NCBI GenBank assembly: GCA_001643675.2
Contig: LSRY02000010.1
Coordinates: forward strand, 682,001-746,000
DNA length: 64,000 bases
Source: Monocercomonoides exilis PA203
Lineage: Eukaryota > Protista > Preaxostyla
Direction of reading: 5' to 3'
Numbering within the stretch: the stretch's first letter is position 1; every line of letters starts with the position of its first letter. The notes under the pieces are model-generated. The model saw only the letters and a program-made list of their open reading frames with translations. It did no database searches and was not told the origin of the DNA. Shown here piece by piece: positions 25,745-36,882 of the stretch. A program made the translations under genes and the position numbers.

Positions 25745-26464
25745 AGGAAAACGAAAAACGAGAAAATGAAGGAGGAAAAAATTACAGAGAACGTGGAATG
25801 CTTCTGAAAACAGATGCAAAGGTGAAAAGAAGAAAATGTACTTCTTTTCAATGAAGTTGGCATTAGAGATTTTACGGGGATGTGGTATGAAAATGAAGAG
25901 ATAAATGATAACGAAAATAAAGAAGATGCGTGAAGTGATAAGAAAGAGAGGCTAAATTTAAGTAAAAGAGAAAGATCATTTTGAAATTATGAGATTACGG
26001 CAAAAGAGAAAATGAGAGAAAAAATGAGGAAATAAGGAAAATGAAAAAGGAAAAGGAAATAAACATATTATTCTGCAGCTTTAACATCACTATTCTATGT
26101 AAATATGATAATATATTCAGTATAAAAAAATACACTCACGAAACAAATATATTCATCAGAATTTACAGAATATTGTTGTTTTCTTTTCATTATTAATGCA
26201 AAAACTATTATAATTATCTTCAAAGCGAATCATTCTTCACACAAAACTCAAAACAAATTATCATTTTTCTTTATTGATAAATTATTTATTTAACATTTAT
26301 TTAATTTAGCGTGTAAACAAGCTTCAATCGAATTATCAAGATTTCGTAAATAAAACAATCAAAAAAGGTTTGATTTTTCTTTTATTTACACTTTGTTTTT
26401 ATTAGTGTTTTTAGTTTGTTTTATTTTCCTTTCCCACAATTATTATTAATTTGAATGATCTTTT

Positions 26465-26600
26465 CTAATTTGAATTAGGATGGTGATTTTTAAATTTTGT
26501 GCTTTTATTTGAATTGAGGGGTATTAATTCAAATTAATAGAGGTTTATTTAAAAAACCTCAATTAATTCAAATTTCCCAACTTAATCTGCATTGTATCTA
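26465..26600 (-). repeat. Right terminal inverted repeat with internal palindrome GAGGTTTATT-T-AAAAAACCTC (26540-26560)
   Basis: Reverse-complement match to 23084-23220; the palindrome has 10-bp arms with one mismatch and extends through AATTAAT flanks. Confidence 0.7.
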
Positions 26601-26699
26601 TTAAATTGTTACAAAACCAAATATAAAAAATTCAAATATACAAGTGAGTACATATATATATTCTTATCAACAATTTTCAGCAATATTAAATCAAAAAAT

Positions 26700-29100
26700 C
26701 AAAACTTCTGAAGTTCCTTTTTTTAAATGTTCAAAAAACAGAAAAAAAGATAATTTGGAGCAAAACAGCTTTTGTTTGAAAAAGAAAGTCGAATTAATAG
26801 CAATGATTTAGTTGATGAAATAAGAGATAGCACTGAAAGTTAAATATTAATTCAAGAAAAAGCCTGGAGGAGAAAGAAGCAATGCGAAGCAATGGAAATG
26901 GTAATTACCGAATCACTGATCGAACAATCTTCTGCTTTTGCGTTGGAATGGAATGTGTGTGCTTGTGCTTTTGAGGTATTTTTATGAACAATTCAATGAT
27001 TATTTTTTACTTATTTTTTTCAAAGCTTTTTTATTTGATTCAACAGTTTTTATAATTCCGAGCGTAGTTCTCAGAGTGATTTCTGCAAAAGTTACGTTTT
27101 TGCGGATAACATATTTTCTTCCTTCTTTTTCAATATCTTCATTGACGATATTTTTTCTTGGCTGATGGGACACATTTGAGAATTGTTACTTGAAAGTCCA
27201 TCAAATTCTTTAATTGAAACACAGAATGAATCTTCCATCTGTTGTAGCTGTTGATTACCCTTGTGAAATTCGATGCAGTTAATACGTCTGCTTTTTCTGC
27301 AGATGAATTTTGTTCGCCTTTGTCGTTCAGCTCGTCCAAAGAGCATCATCGAATTCATTTCATTCCATTTCTCTTTCAGATTCTATTTCTTCTTTTGCTC
27401 TTTCTTCAACTCTTTTTCAAGTATTTCTTTTGTGAAGGCAGTCTTTGCAGTTCATTCGAATCGATCATATTTATCTTCTTCCTCTTCCTCTTTTTCCACT
27501 CCTTTTTCTTTGTTTGTTTTCATTTGTTTCCTTCCTCCTTCTTAAGTTCTCGTTCGTTTCCTTCCTCCACAGTTCTGCTGCAACAACAAATGTCTCCCTT
27601 ATTCTGCATCTGATCAAAGCATTCTTTTGCTTTTCTTGCACAACCGCCGCTGATTCCCACTGACAAATTGAATTCCTCGTCTCGTTGCATTTGCTGCCAC
27701 ACGCCATGGAATCACACACACGCACATAAAAAAAAGCCACTGTTTCAATAATTACTGCAACGCGCTTAGAAGATGAAGTAATGCAATGATAGATCAGTCG
27801 AAGTATCGGCATATGAGCAGCAGAGTGAACTCAATCAGCTCCAGAAAATATGTTCGGTTGAAAGCAACATCTGATGAAATTCTTCATTATTTTAAAACCA
27901 TTTCCTATCGAAGCCGCAACGCAAGATAAACACAGTCCAACAGCAGAACAATCAGAAATAAACAAATTAAACAGCTGCAAGAGAAATTGCCCACTCTCAA
28001 TGTTCGTCTGAGAAAACATGGCCATCTTGTATAACTTCTGCAAATACTTCAGCACACCCAATACGAAGCAACAAAGTCCTCACAAACCAACTCCGCATCA
28101 ATGCCACACAAATGGAGCATAACAATAAAATCTCTGGATGGCTGCGCTTGAAGAGGTTGACCACAAATATTCTGCATTTTTCTGCAGTTGCCTGTTGCGT
28201 TGAAGAAAGCAAACTTCGAATGATAATCTCCTTGCTTGTTCAAAATGTTTATCCCTTCGAAGAATGAAATCCAAAAGCGGCTGGTCTGAATGTTGTTCGA
28301 CTGCAAACAAATATTTGATAATTGGATGTCTCATCGTTGGCGTTTCTCCTTTCTTTTGAATCAAAAACAGAATCAGAAATAGAATTTCGTCACTTTCCAT
28401 GTCTGCCTGGTGCAGTCAGAGAAACAGGAAAATCTTATAAATAAAACCGATATTTTGGGGTTCTTTTTTTCATTTTCTCCTTCCCTTTTTTCAATAAATG
28501 TCCAGCTTTCCATATTGCCAGTTGCTTTCCTTATCCAAAAACAGCTCCGCTGCCTTGAGTTCCAAAATACTATACAATTTCAGTTGTTCATCTTTTGTCA
28601 GAATTCCTTCCATTTATCTTTATTTAAAAAAATTATCTAAATTTGTTTTCAACTCTTGCTCCAAATAAAAATTATGAAAATTATGTATCTTCCGTAACTT
28701 CATCTATTTCCTAATTGCTATATAATAATCTGCTCCATCTTCATCGTATTGCTCTCCAAAGCGGAGATTGACCATTTCAACAATAATTCGGATTCCTGCA
28801 CTTTGGAGAGGAGACAGATGGAAATATCTTCGTAACGCATAGAACAATAAAAAATACACACATGCAAATTTTTTCGTCCATAAATAAAATTGTTGCATTT
28901 CCTCTGTCAACCAATTTATCAAAGTATCAGAAAGATTCCATTTTCGGCAATATTTTTCCAGTTATCCGTGCCGTCATAGGAAATAATGTTACTTATTCTG
29001 CAGGATGAATGTACTCACTGAAATCTCATTTCGTAAACGGATATTCCAAATCGAAATATCCCAATTGATCAAAACCTCCATAACAACAAACAAAAAAACA
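26700..29100 (-). pseudogene. Degenerate, frameshifted multi-exon gene relic of unknown family
   Basis: A chain of short overlapping minus-strand ORFs in shifting frames (28704-28922, 28098-28400, 27997-28212, 27831-28061, 27471-27812, 27139-27339). Composition is coding-like with intron-like gaps; no recognisable domain. Confidence 0.4.
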
Positions 29101-29287
29101 AAGCGTTCTTTATCTTTGGAATTGCAAAATGAAAATGTCAACACGAGATAGAACGGTGTGAACGCAATTGTTTCTATTGTCTTTTTGAATTTATGTTTTT
29201 TTCTAATTTCTTCAATTCAAACATATGATCTTTCAATGTGAATATCAAAATGGAATGCTTTCTTGTGCAATATTTCAATATATATAT

Positions 29288-30724
29288 ATGAAGGAGACGT
29301 ACAGAACAAAAAAGTTCACAGGTTTGTATCAGTTGTTTCACAGAACTCTCGTTGATTGGATTTCTTTTTTTCTTTTTTATTGAAGAATTGTTTTCTGAGC
29401 TTGAAGATTGCGATGAAATTGAACAGAAAGTTGGAATCCTAGAAATAAATAAAATAATTGATGAAATGAATGAAGAAGAATTAGAATCCATTTTCACTCC
29501 AAATCTGTTCAATAAAGTTGATAAAATGATTGAAGAAAAGAAAATGACAATGAAAAATGCAATTTTACTGCTGAAGCATGTTGGATATTGCAATGTGCTG
29601 AAAAATGTTTGTAATCGATGCTTTAGAGGTTCTTCATTGAACAAAATATTTGAGGAGATGATCTTCAAAGAAGAAAAGAAAAGAAAAGAAAAAGATGAAA
29701 AATTTCTGGTTGATCTTTGCGAATGCTATCTGTTGCTCAGCGACTGTTATTCGTTAAAATTTGTTTCGGTCTGTGTGCCCTGCCTTCTGAAAGTTGCATT
29801 GAACAAAGAAGAAAGCGAGGAAAATCAAAAGGAAGTGGAAACGGCTTTGTTCACTTTATCCTATATTGGAAAATGGAATGTGTGCTTTGGTGATTTGTTT
29901 GTTGATTTGCCAAAGTATTTTGTTTTATTAATTGCTTTTTATTTTTATAAATTGAATAGGATGTGGGGAAAATACTGTTTTTGGAAGAGATCAAAGAAAT
30001 TATCCAATATAATCAGGAGCATCGCAACCTGACACGGCTTGCCTATCAGTCTGCTATTCAATTTTTAACAGACAGACTTTACAAAGATATAAGTTTGGAA
30101 CAAATAATAATGAATGAGCTGCATTTTGTGAAAGAAGCAAGAAGAGAATTGGAGGAGCTGATAGGCTGCATTGATTGGAAGAGAGAGAGAAAAGAGAAAA
30201 GAAGAGGAAAAGAAGCGAAAGAAGAGCTTGTTTTGTTGAGATGGTTGAAAATATTGGACTTTTGCTTTGACTTATGCAAACTTTGGAATGAAGAATATGT
30301 TGGACTAATTGACAGCATTGCTCAGGTCCATCGAGCAGCAAAAGAGAATAATAGAGAAATTTGTTTTTACTGCATTTATTCATTTAAATTAGCCACAGAA
30401 AATATAGTTGTGAAAGTTGAAGATTTATTGAATGGAGGAGCTGTAGATGCTGTTTTGGAAGAGATTCGACAATCGATGCTGATTGACAAAATTGCACTTA
30501 GCAGCCTGGAATATATGCTTGAGATTTCAGAGAGATTGAAAGATGAAGTGGATGATGAAAAGGGAAAAGAGGAAAGAAAGATCATGAAAAAGAAAGTGAT
30601 TGAAAAGATGGAAGAAGAAGGATATGAAGATGTCATCGTAAGCTTTCAAGAAATACTTCCTTTTCTTTGCAAAAATTTTAATATAGATTCATTAGATATT
30701 TCTGATTATTTTGTGAATATTTGA
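29288..30724 (+). CDS. Lineage-specific multicopy helical-repeat protein, copy 2; exons 29288-29321, 29386-29879, 29960-30724
   Basis: Spliced product begins MKETYRTKKFT|ELFSELEDCDE. Introns gtttgt..tgaag (29322-29385) and gtgtgc..aatag (29880-29959) restore one frame at the same positions as in copy 1. Ends DISDYFVNI-TGA. Confidence 0.8.
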
Positions 30725-31619
30725 AGAAATAAAATATATTAGGTTTTGGATACGAGATTTTCAATTTTTCTTTTTGTATCATTTGGCAAAATGGTATTAA
30801 AACAGTCAATTGAATGTTTTTTCAAAGTCTTTTTATTTTTCATAACTTCGAAATGGAACAAAGCAATTAAGAAAAAAGAAAGGAAGAAAAAGAAATTGTG
30901 TTGTATCGCCAAAATATTTTTTCTTCTGGAAAAGCATCTTCTATTCAATTTCCAAAACAATTTATTCAAATCTAATAAAGCTGAATAAACATTTCTATTC
31001 TTTACTTGTCACTTCTCAGCCTCTTCTCAATTCTTTTTCATGATAAATCATTTTTTCTCAATTTTTCTTCTGAAATTGAATGTCACAAAGATTGAAAAAG
31101 AGCTGTCACATCTTGAAGTTCAAAAGAAGGAGGAAAGTTATACGGAATTGAATGTTCTGAAGTTCAGTCATCTTCCAAAGATTTCAGTGAGAAAGAAGAT
31201 GACGAAATTATAAAAGGCAGTTTCTTTTCATTCAACTCTCTTTTTTGGCATCTGTAATTTTTTTGAGAAAATTCGAATGTCAAATGAAATTTCACTTTGA
31301 AATAGAAAATCACTTTTTCTCTTTCATTTTTTCACCAAAAAATACAAACAAATGCTGAGTTCATATTCAAATGAAGTGAAATCTGAAAACATCCGATTAA
31401 TCAATGTTCAATATTATCTTCACAAGTTCGAACTTATAAAAATGAATTAAGATTTTTTTTCGACAACGAAGTTATTCATTCCGATGATTCAATCTTCATA
31501 TTCTTCTTCATAAATTTTTTCATTCATTTTTCTTTTCAGTTTTTTTCTTTTCTCATCCCTTTTTTCATCATTCTCTTATCGTTTCAATCTTTTTGAAACA
31601 TTCATAAAAAATAACATGC

Positions 31620-32163
31620 ATAAACTTGTTATTTTGTAATTCAACGTTGGTTGATGATTCTCCTGACGAACAACACCAAAGGACATCCATTCAACAGCTC
31701 ATCAGCTTGCACAACTCTCATTTTCTGCTATGATTATCAACGTTCCACTGTTGTCTGTAATCAATCTATTTTTCACTGCAATCGATGAATTCGATAGAAG
31801 AGAAAGCCCATTAATCTTGCTCTTAAAAGCCTTAAATTCTTCAGAAATTCGTTTTCTTTCGCCCTCATTCAAATTACTTATTTCCCTTCCTTTTTTATGT
31901 CCTCAAAACTTGTTTAATTAGATTCAACATTGTTTTCTTTTTTGTTATTCCATTGTTTTTCATTTCTGTCAAATACATTCGCACAAACATTTAATCCTTA
32001 TTGTGCTGTCCAAATATATTTTTTGTTCCATTCGAAATGCTTTTGCTCTCTTTTCTCTTGAAAAAGTTAATGCATGAAATGTTTTCATAGTTTTTTCATT
32101 TTCAAAAGAGTTTGCATCTTCATTGGAACAATAATGCACATACACTAACAACATTAACAGCAT
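31620..32163 (-). pseudogene. Decayed 5' end of another receptor-family paralogue
   Basis: Hydrophobic start MLLMLLVYVHYC, then ..KSKINGLSLLSNSSIAVKNRLITDNSGTLIIIAENES.. with many stops. It resembles KSEMKGSVVLKNSSVHLRGLRMGCGDGKGIACAWSES near the N-terminus of the 20850 gene. Confidence 0.4.
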
Positions 32164-32700
32164 ATCAATGCGCTGATTTCAAACAACTTACAACATCTTT
32201 TCCTCATGAAAATAGATTTTTTGTAAATGGGAAGATATTTTTTGCTTTTTGAATTTTGTTCCATTCAGAGTTAATGAATAAATTTCTCAAATTTTTTTAT
32301 TTTTCTAAACATTTTAGTATGAGAATGTTTGAGTTGTTATGATATGAAAGTGGAAAAAGTTTGGAACAAATCCTTGTTTTTTTCATAATATCCAGTAAAG
32401 TTTCCATATTGTTTTAACATAATAATCTGTACGATATGAAAAATTGAAAAGGATTTAAAAAAAAAGGAAAAATAAAATTTGATGTGAAAAGAGCTAAATA
32501 ATTTTTTAAGAAAATTTTCAACAAAATCCAAAAAAGAACAAAAAAGAATAAAACAAGTCAAGAAAGCAAAGAGTGCATTTACTGATTCTGAAACACACCA
32601 CAATTAATTCGTGGATCTTCTAAAACTCATCTATAAATATTATAAAAAAAGAAGAAATGGAAGATAATTATTGAAAATCACCACAACATCATTAACTCAT

Positions 32701-35700
32701 TCATTGAATTTCCAAAGCATTTACAACATCAACAATTTGTTCAGGTGACTGTGGTGAAGCATCAGAATCAGGAGTCGGAGGAGGAGGAGGCAGCTCGTCA
32801 GAATTGGACAAGCTAAGCGAAGTGTTAGCAAGAGCGTCTGTGTTGTCATTTTCTGAGGAGTGCTTTTCAGAATGCACAGATGGCAAACCAGAATCAGATG
32901 TTTCTTGAAGCTCAGCAGCCGGCGAAGAAGTCATCGATGTTTCAGTCGACGAACACAAATATTCCTTTGCGGCTGCGTTTCCTTCCTCACTCGAACTTCC
33001 AATCGATATGGCTTCAGTTTGTTTTGTGTTTCTTTTCTGCTTTTGTTCGGCTTCTTTTGCTTCGTCTGGTGTATTTGAAGAAGAGGTGGCATCTGCTTGA
33101 TCAGCCGGAGAATGAGGAGCTGGAGGTGTTGTTGATATGACTTCAGAATGAGAAGAAGAGGAGGAGTTTGAGACAGAAGAAGGCGGTGGATGTGAAAGAG
33201 TTGAGAAAGCAAATGGCTCAGAAGGCAAAGCATTATCAGAAGCAACATCTTGTTGTTCTTTTGTTTTTGCCTCAGAACTTTCATAATGTGCAGCATCTTC
33301 AATTGGCACAGACTCAGAATGAAGTGGAGGATTAGAAGATGAAGACGACGAAGATGAAGACGACGAAGATGAAGACGAAGAAGATGAAGATGCCTCGGAA
33401 GTTGTTGACTGTGTGCCTTCAGAAGTGTCTGTGTATCCTATTTCAGTCTTTTGTTTTCCCTTTCCATCTTTATTCTCATTCTCACTCTCACTCTCACCTT
33501 CCTTCTCCTTCTTTTTCTCCTTCTCCTTCTTCTCCTTTATTCCTTTCCCATCTTTCTCCTCCTTTCCATCTCTTCCCTCTTCTCTTTCATCCTCAGCCGC
33601 TGCCGACGAGCTGAGCATCAGATGCGACGAGGTCGGAGGAGCAGAACCAGCGCCCAGCGCCTTTCTGTTCGTGGCTGGAGTCAGAAGGGGCATCTTTGCA
33701 CTCGGCGTGGTTGTCCTGTTGAGCGGCGACAGATGCAGCATCGAGTTCGACAGAGAGAAGGCCTGGGGGCCCCGTGCAGGCACAAAGAATATCTCCATAA
33801 AGTCCAGGAAGCGCAGGCCGTACGACTTCGCATCCACAGCCGAGATCTGCTTCCCGTCCTGCTGCAGAATAAACCGCTTCAGAAAGTTCTCCGACTTCTT
33901 CCACGTGTTCCACTCTGTCAGTATGTCGATAATCCCCACAAAAAGCACCTCGCTTCCTTGTTCATCCAGCGGAGAAGGCGGCGCAGACGCAGCGGCAATC
34001 ACTTCGCGATTGAACTGCTCCTCTTTCGAAAGAAGGCTGGCTGCCAGCTGCTTCTCCTGCCTCATCTCTTCCTCCCGTTCCTTTTCACGTTCACTCAGCC
34101 GTTCTGCTTTCAATCGCTCTCTGTCTTCACTTGTGAGTGCATCGTTCTCTTCTTCAGCTTTTTCCTTCCTTGCCTCTTCTTCCTCCCACAGCCGCTGCTT
34201 CTCAGCAATCATTTGCCTCCACTCTTCCACTTTCACCCTCTCTTTTGTTCTCTCTTCTTCGATTTTCTTTTCTTTCATCCGCTCTCTCATCATCTGCCTC
34301 CTTCTCACCTCTGCCTCAGTTGCCATTGTGTTCATCCCTCCTGCGTCTGCCTGGAAGATCGACACCCACGTACCCTTCGGCCCAACAAACCCCGGATGAT
34401 TCAGCGTCGTCGAAGGCGGCAGATCCACCGCGTTCTGCAGAGACCACGACGGCACAGCCTGCTGAATAGCTGGCATCTGCGCTGATCGCAACGGCAGGTC
34501 CGGCTGATACACCATCGGCGTTGGCGACAGAGGCACATCGCCATACGACGACCCAACACCGGGCGAGCTGCCTGAAGAGAACGAGGCTCGCCTGTCCTTC
34601 TCTCCGCCCTCTCGCTCCTCTTTGCCCCGCTGCGCCTGCTGCACCAGCTTCCACCCGCCTCCGCCTCCGATTTCTCGCTTGTGGACGCCGATCATCAGCG
34701 AGTAGTCCATGATTTTGTTCTTAATGAGGAACTCCACGTCGCATCGGAGCTGCTGGTGGAAGAGGCGGTGCTTCACTGGGCCCAAGGGGAATTTGCGGTG
34801 CAAGTCTAAATCTTTGAAGACAACAGTCTTTTGCATGAGATCCCGCTGGCTCGCATTGCGATGGAAGGTGGATCCCTTCAAGTCAAACCTCTGATGTATC
34901 AAATAGTCTGTGTCGCAAATGTTGTTCATAACCATAAAATACACTTTCTTTCCTTTGTATTCTTTAAGTCGATGCAGCCCGAAGATACGCACAAGATGTG
35001 TATTTCGATATTGAAGCGTATGATGATAGTAAGCCGCCAATATTTTTCTCAAAAACTTACATTCATTGCTTGTCATAGTTTTAATTATAAATGACTGATC
35101 ATATGAATAGAAGAAAAAGGCGCTTGATTTTCCTGGTGTTGGAAGAGTGTACAGAGATTCATCACCGCATAATGAAAGCATATAGTCACTTGGATCACAG
35201 CCAAATCTTTCTCTTAACTTCCGGAAAATAAACGGTGCATAATCTTTAAATTTAAAATCATATGGCTGTTTGATAGGTGATTTAGATCCGGGAAGTCGAG
35301 GAAGTTCCATTTTCACAGCTTCTTCAAAATCCTGCAAAACAACATGATGCGGAGGTTTAGGAGTGATTCTACCAACGGCAAGGCGAATACCAAGCTGAAC
35401 GTTAAGCATAACTTGAAAATTAGGATGAGATGGGGTTAGTAATACACCAATCGGATTTATTCTAGGAGTTGATGTGGATGGAGGCCTTGGAATTGGTGTT
35501 TGAATTGGAGGAGGCCTTTGAAAAGTTGGTGGAGGTTGAGAAAGCGGTGGTGGAGTAGGAATTGATGGTGGTTGATCAGGAGAAACAGACCTATGATTGG
35601 GCGTTCGCGAAGGAGATGGAGAAGACGAACTTGAACTTGATGAATCCGAAGGAGAATAATGACGGTGATGATGGTGGTGGTGATGATGATGTCGATGTCT

Positions 35701-35817
35701 ATGCTTGCGATATTTTATGGATGAGCTTCTGTGCCTAGAATAACTATCATGTGAACGTTTTCTGGATCTTGAGCGTTTTTTTTCAATTGTTTCTGAATCG
35801 CCTTGAATATGATCCAT
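32701..35817 (-). CDS. PIP5K: Phosphatidylinositol-4-phosphate 5-kinase (PIP5K/Mss4 family)
   Basis: PIPK motifs FKFKDYAPFIFRKLRERFG, GKSSAFFF, IIKT, RFDLKGS, KDLD, MDYSL, GIIDIL and ISAVDAKSYGLRFLDF; single exon of 1038 aa. Confidence 0.92.
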   Translation of the reverse strand: MDHIQGDSETIEKKRSRSRKRSHDSYSRHRSSSIKYRKHRHRHHHHHHHHHRHYSPSDSSSSSSSSPSPSRTPNHRSVSPDQPPSIPTPPPLSQPPPTFQRPPPIQTPIPRPPSTSTPRINPIGVLLTPSHPNFQVMLNVQLGIRLAVGRITPKPPHHVVLQDFEEAVKMELPRLPGSKSPIKQPYDFKFKDYAPFIFRKLRERFGCDPSDYMLSLCGDESLYTLPTPGKSSAFFFYSYDQSFIIKTMTSNECKFLRKILAAYYHHTLQYRNTHLVRIFGLHRLKEYKGKKVYFMVMNNICDTDYLIHQRFDLKGSTFHRNASQRDLMQKTVVFKDLDLHRKFPLGPVKHRLFHQQLRCDVEFLIKNKIMDYSLMIGVHKREIGGGGGWKLVQQAQRGKEEREGGEKDRRASFSSGSSPGVGSSYGDVPLSPTPMVYQPDLPLRSAQMPAIQQAVPSWSLQNAVDLPPSTTLNHPGFVGPKGTWVSIFQADAGGMNTMATEAEVRRRQMMRERMKEKKIEEERTKERVKVEEWRQMIAEKQRLWEEEEARKEKAEEENDALTSEDRERLKAERLSEREKEREEEMRQEKQLAASLLSKEEQFNREVIAAASAPPSPLDEQGSEVLFVGIIDILTEWNTWKKSENFLKRFILQQDGKQISAVDAKSYGLRFLDFMEIFFVPARGPQAFSLSNSMLHLSPLNRTTTPSAKMPLLTPATNRKALGAGSAPPTSSHLMLSSSAAAEDEREEGRDGKEEKDGKGIKEKKEKEKKKEKEGESESENENKDGKGKQKTEIGYTDTSEGTQSTTSEASSSSSSSSSSSSSSSSSSSNPPLHSESVPIEDAAHYESSEAKTKEQQDVASDNALPSEPFAFSTLSHPPPSSVSNSSSSSHSEVISTTPPAPHSPADQADATSSSNTPDEAKEAEQKQKRNTKQTEAISIGSSSEEGNAAAKEYLCSSTETSMTSSPAAELQETSDSGLPSVHSEKHSSENDNTDALANTSLSLSNSDELPPPPPTPDSDASPQSPEQIVDVVNALEIQ

Positions 35818-36882
35818 ATACCTAACTAACTTCCCAAATAAAATGCGAAATAATTCTAAAACACATAAAACATTTTAAAAAATTAATAACTTTTGTTTAT
35901 AGCAAGAGAAAACTAAAATTCATACAAGGTACAAAGATTGATCTGAATGCTCCATTATTTTATATTTGAATCACAGAAAAACTGTTTGTCATTCGAATAT
36001 GAATGCAACAAATATTGAAAAAAAATTACCGTTTTTATCACATTTAAAGAACTGAAACAAATCCTTTAGATAGCTTTTATTTTATCAAATTTTATTTTAT
36101 TTTAATAAATTTTCCGGATGGAGCAATTATAATGCATGAAACATCATTGAAGAATGTTTTGATAAATTCAAATTACGAACATATCTCTAAAATTCCATGA
36201 AATAATTGCATTATTCAGCGCATCATCATTCTCAGAAAAGACTTATTGCTTTTTTGAAGCTAATAATTATTTATCAAAATCTTTAATTTTGACTCTCGTT
36301 GAAAAATGCAGGCAACGCCAATGCACCAGTTGCTTATAAATCATCATCATTCATCATCATGAAATCATTATTTATTGAAACATTTCATGTTAATTAACCA
36401 CTTTGCGATTTTATTCTCTTATTATTTCATATCTTTATCAGACTTTAGAGATTTCAAAGATTATAAATCATCATTTATCTCTCAAATGGAGATGATTTAA
36501 AGAAATCAATTCATGCATGAAATAAAAAATAAAACATCATAAAAAATCTATGAATAATGAGTATTTTTTTATTATCACAGGTGGGAGAAAAAGGACATAA
36601 AAAAGAATGTTATTACAAACAAAAATTTAAGGTTGAATGTTTTGACAAGAAATGTCAAAAATTTCGTTATAAAGAGGAACCATAACACAGCGATACAGAT
36701 CCTTTCATTTTTAAGTTTGCTTTTTCCCGTGTGTTATATCATAATTGGGGTGTGCATTTTTTATTTATGAAAACATTATTGTTGGCTTATTGTTTTTCAT
36801 TTGCAAAAATTTAATTGAAATTTTCTTTACAACAATTCAATGACATTTAATTGTTATTTCAATACCTGATTATTCTTTAAGA

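Larger units (their letters stand above)
23084..26600. mobile_element. Candidate non-autonomous TIR DNA element (~3.5 kb) carrying a gene fragment
   Basis: Perfect 17-bp inverted tips TAGATACAATGCAGATT (23084-23100) and AATCTGCATTGTATCTA (26584-26600). Degenerate inverted similarity extends ~130 bp inward and includes a palindrome and several TTTGAATT motifs. There is no transposase ORF and no clear 8-9 bp TSD; a TA duplication is possible. Confidence 0.6.

Noticed and set aside
23076-26609. 8-9 bp target-site duplication assigning the element to hAT or Mutator
   Set aside because: The flanks (ttttatat vs ttaaattg) do not match. Only a TA duplication is compatible, so the superfamily is left unassigned.
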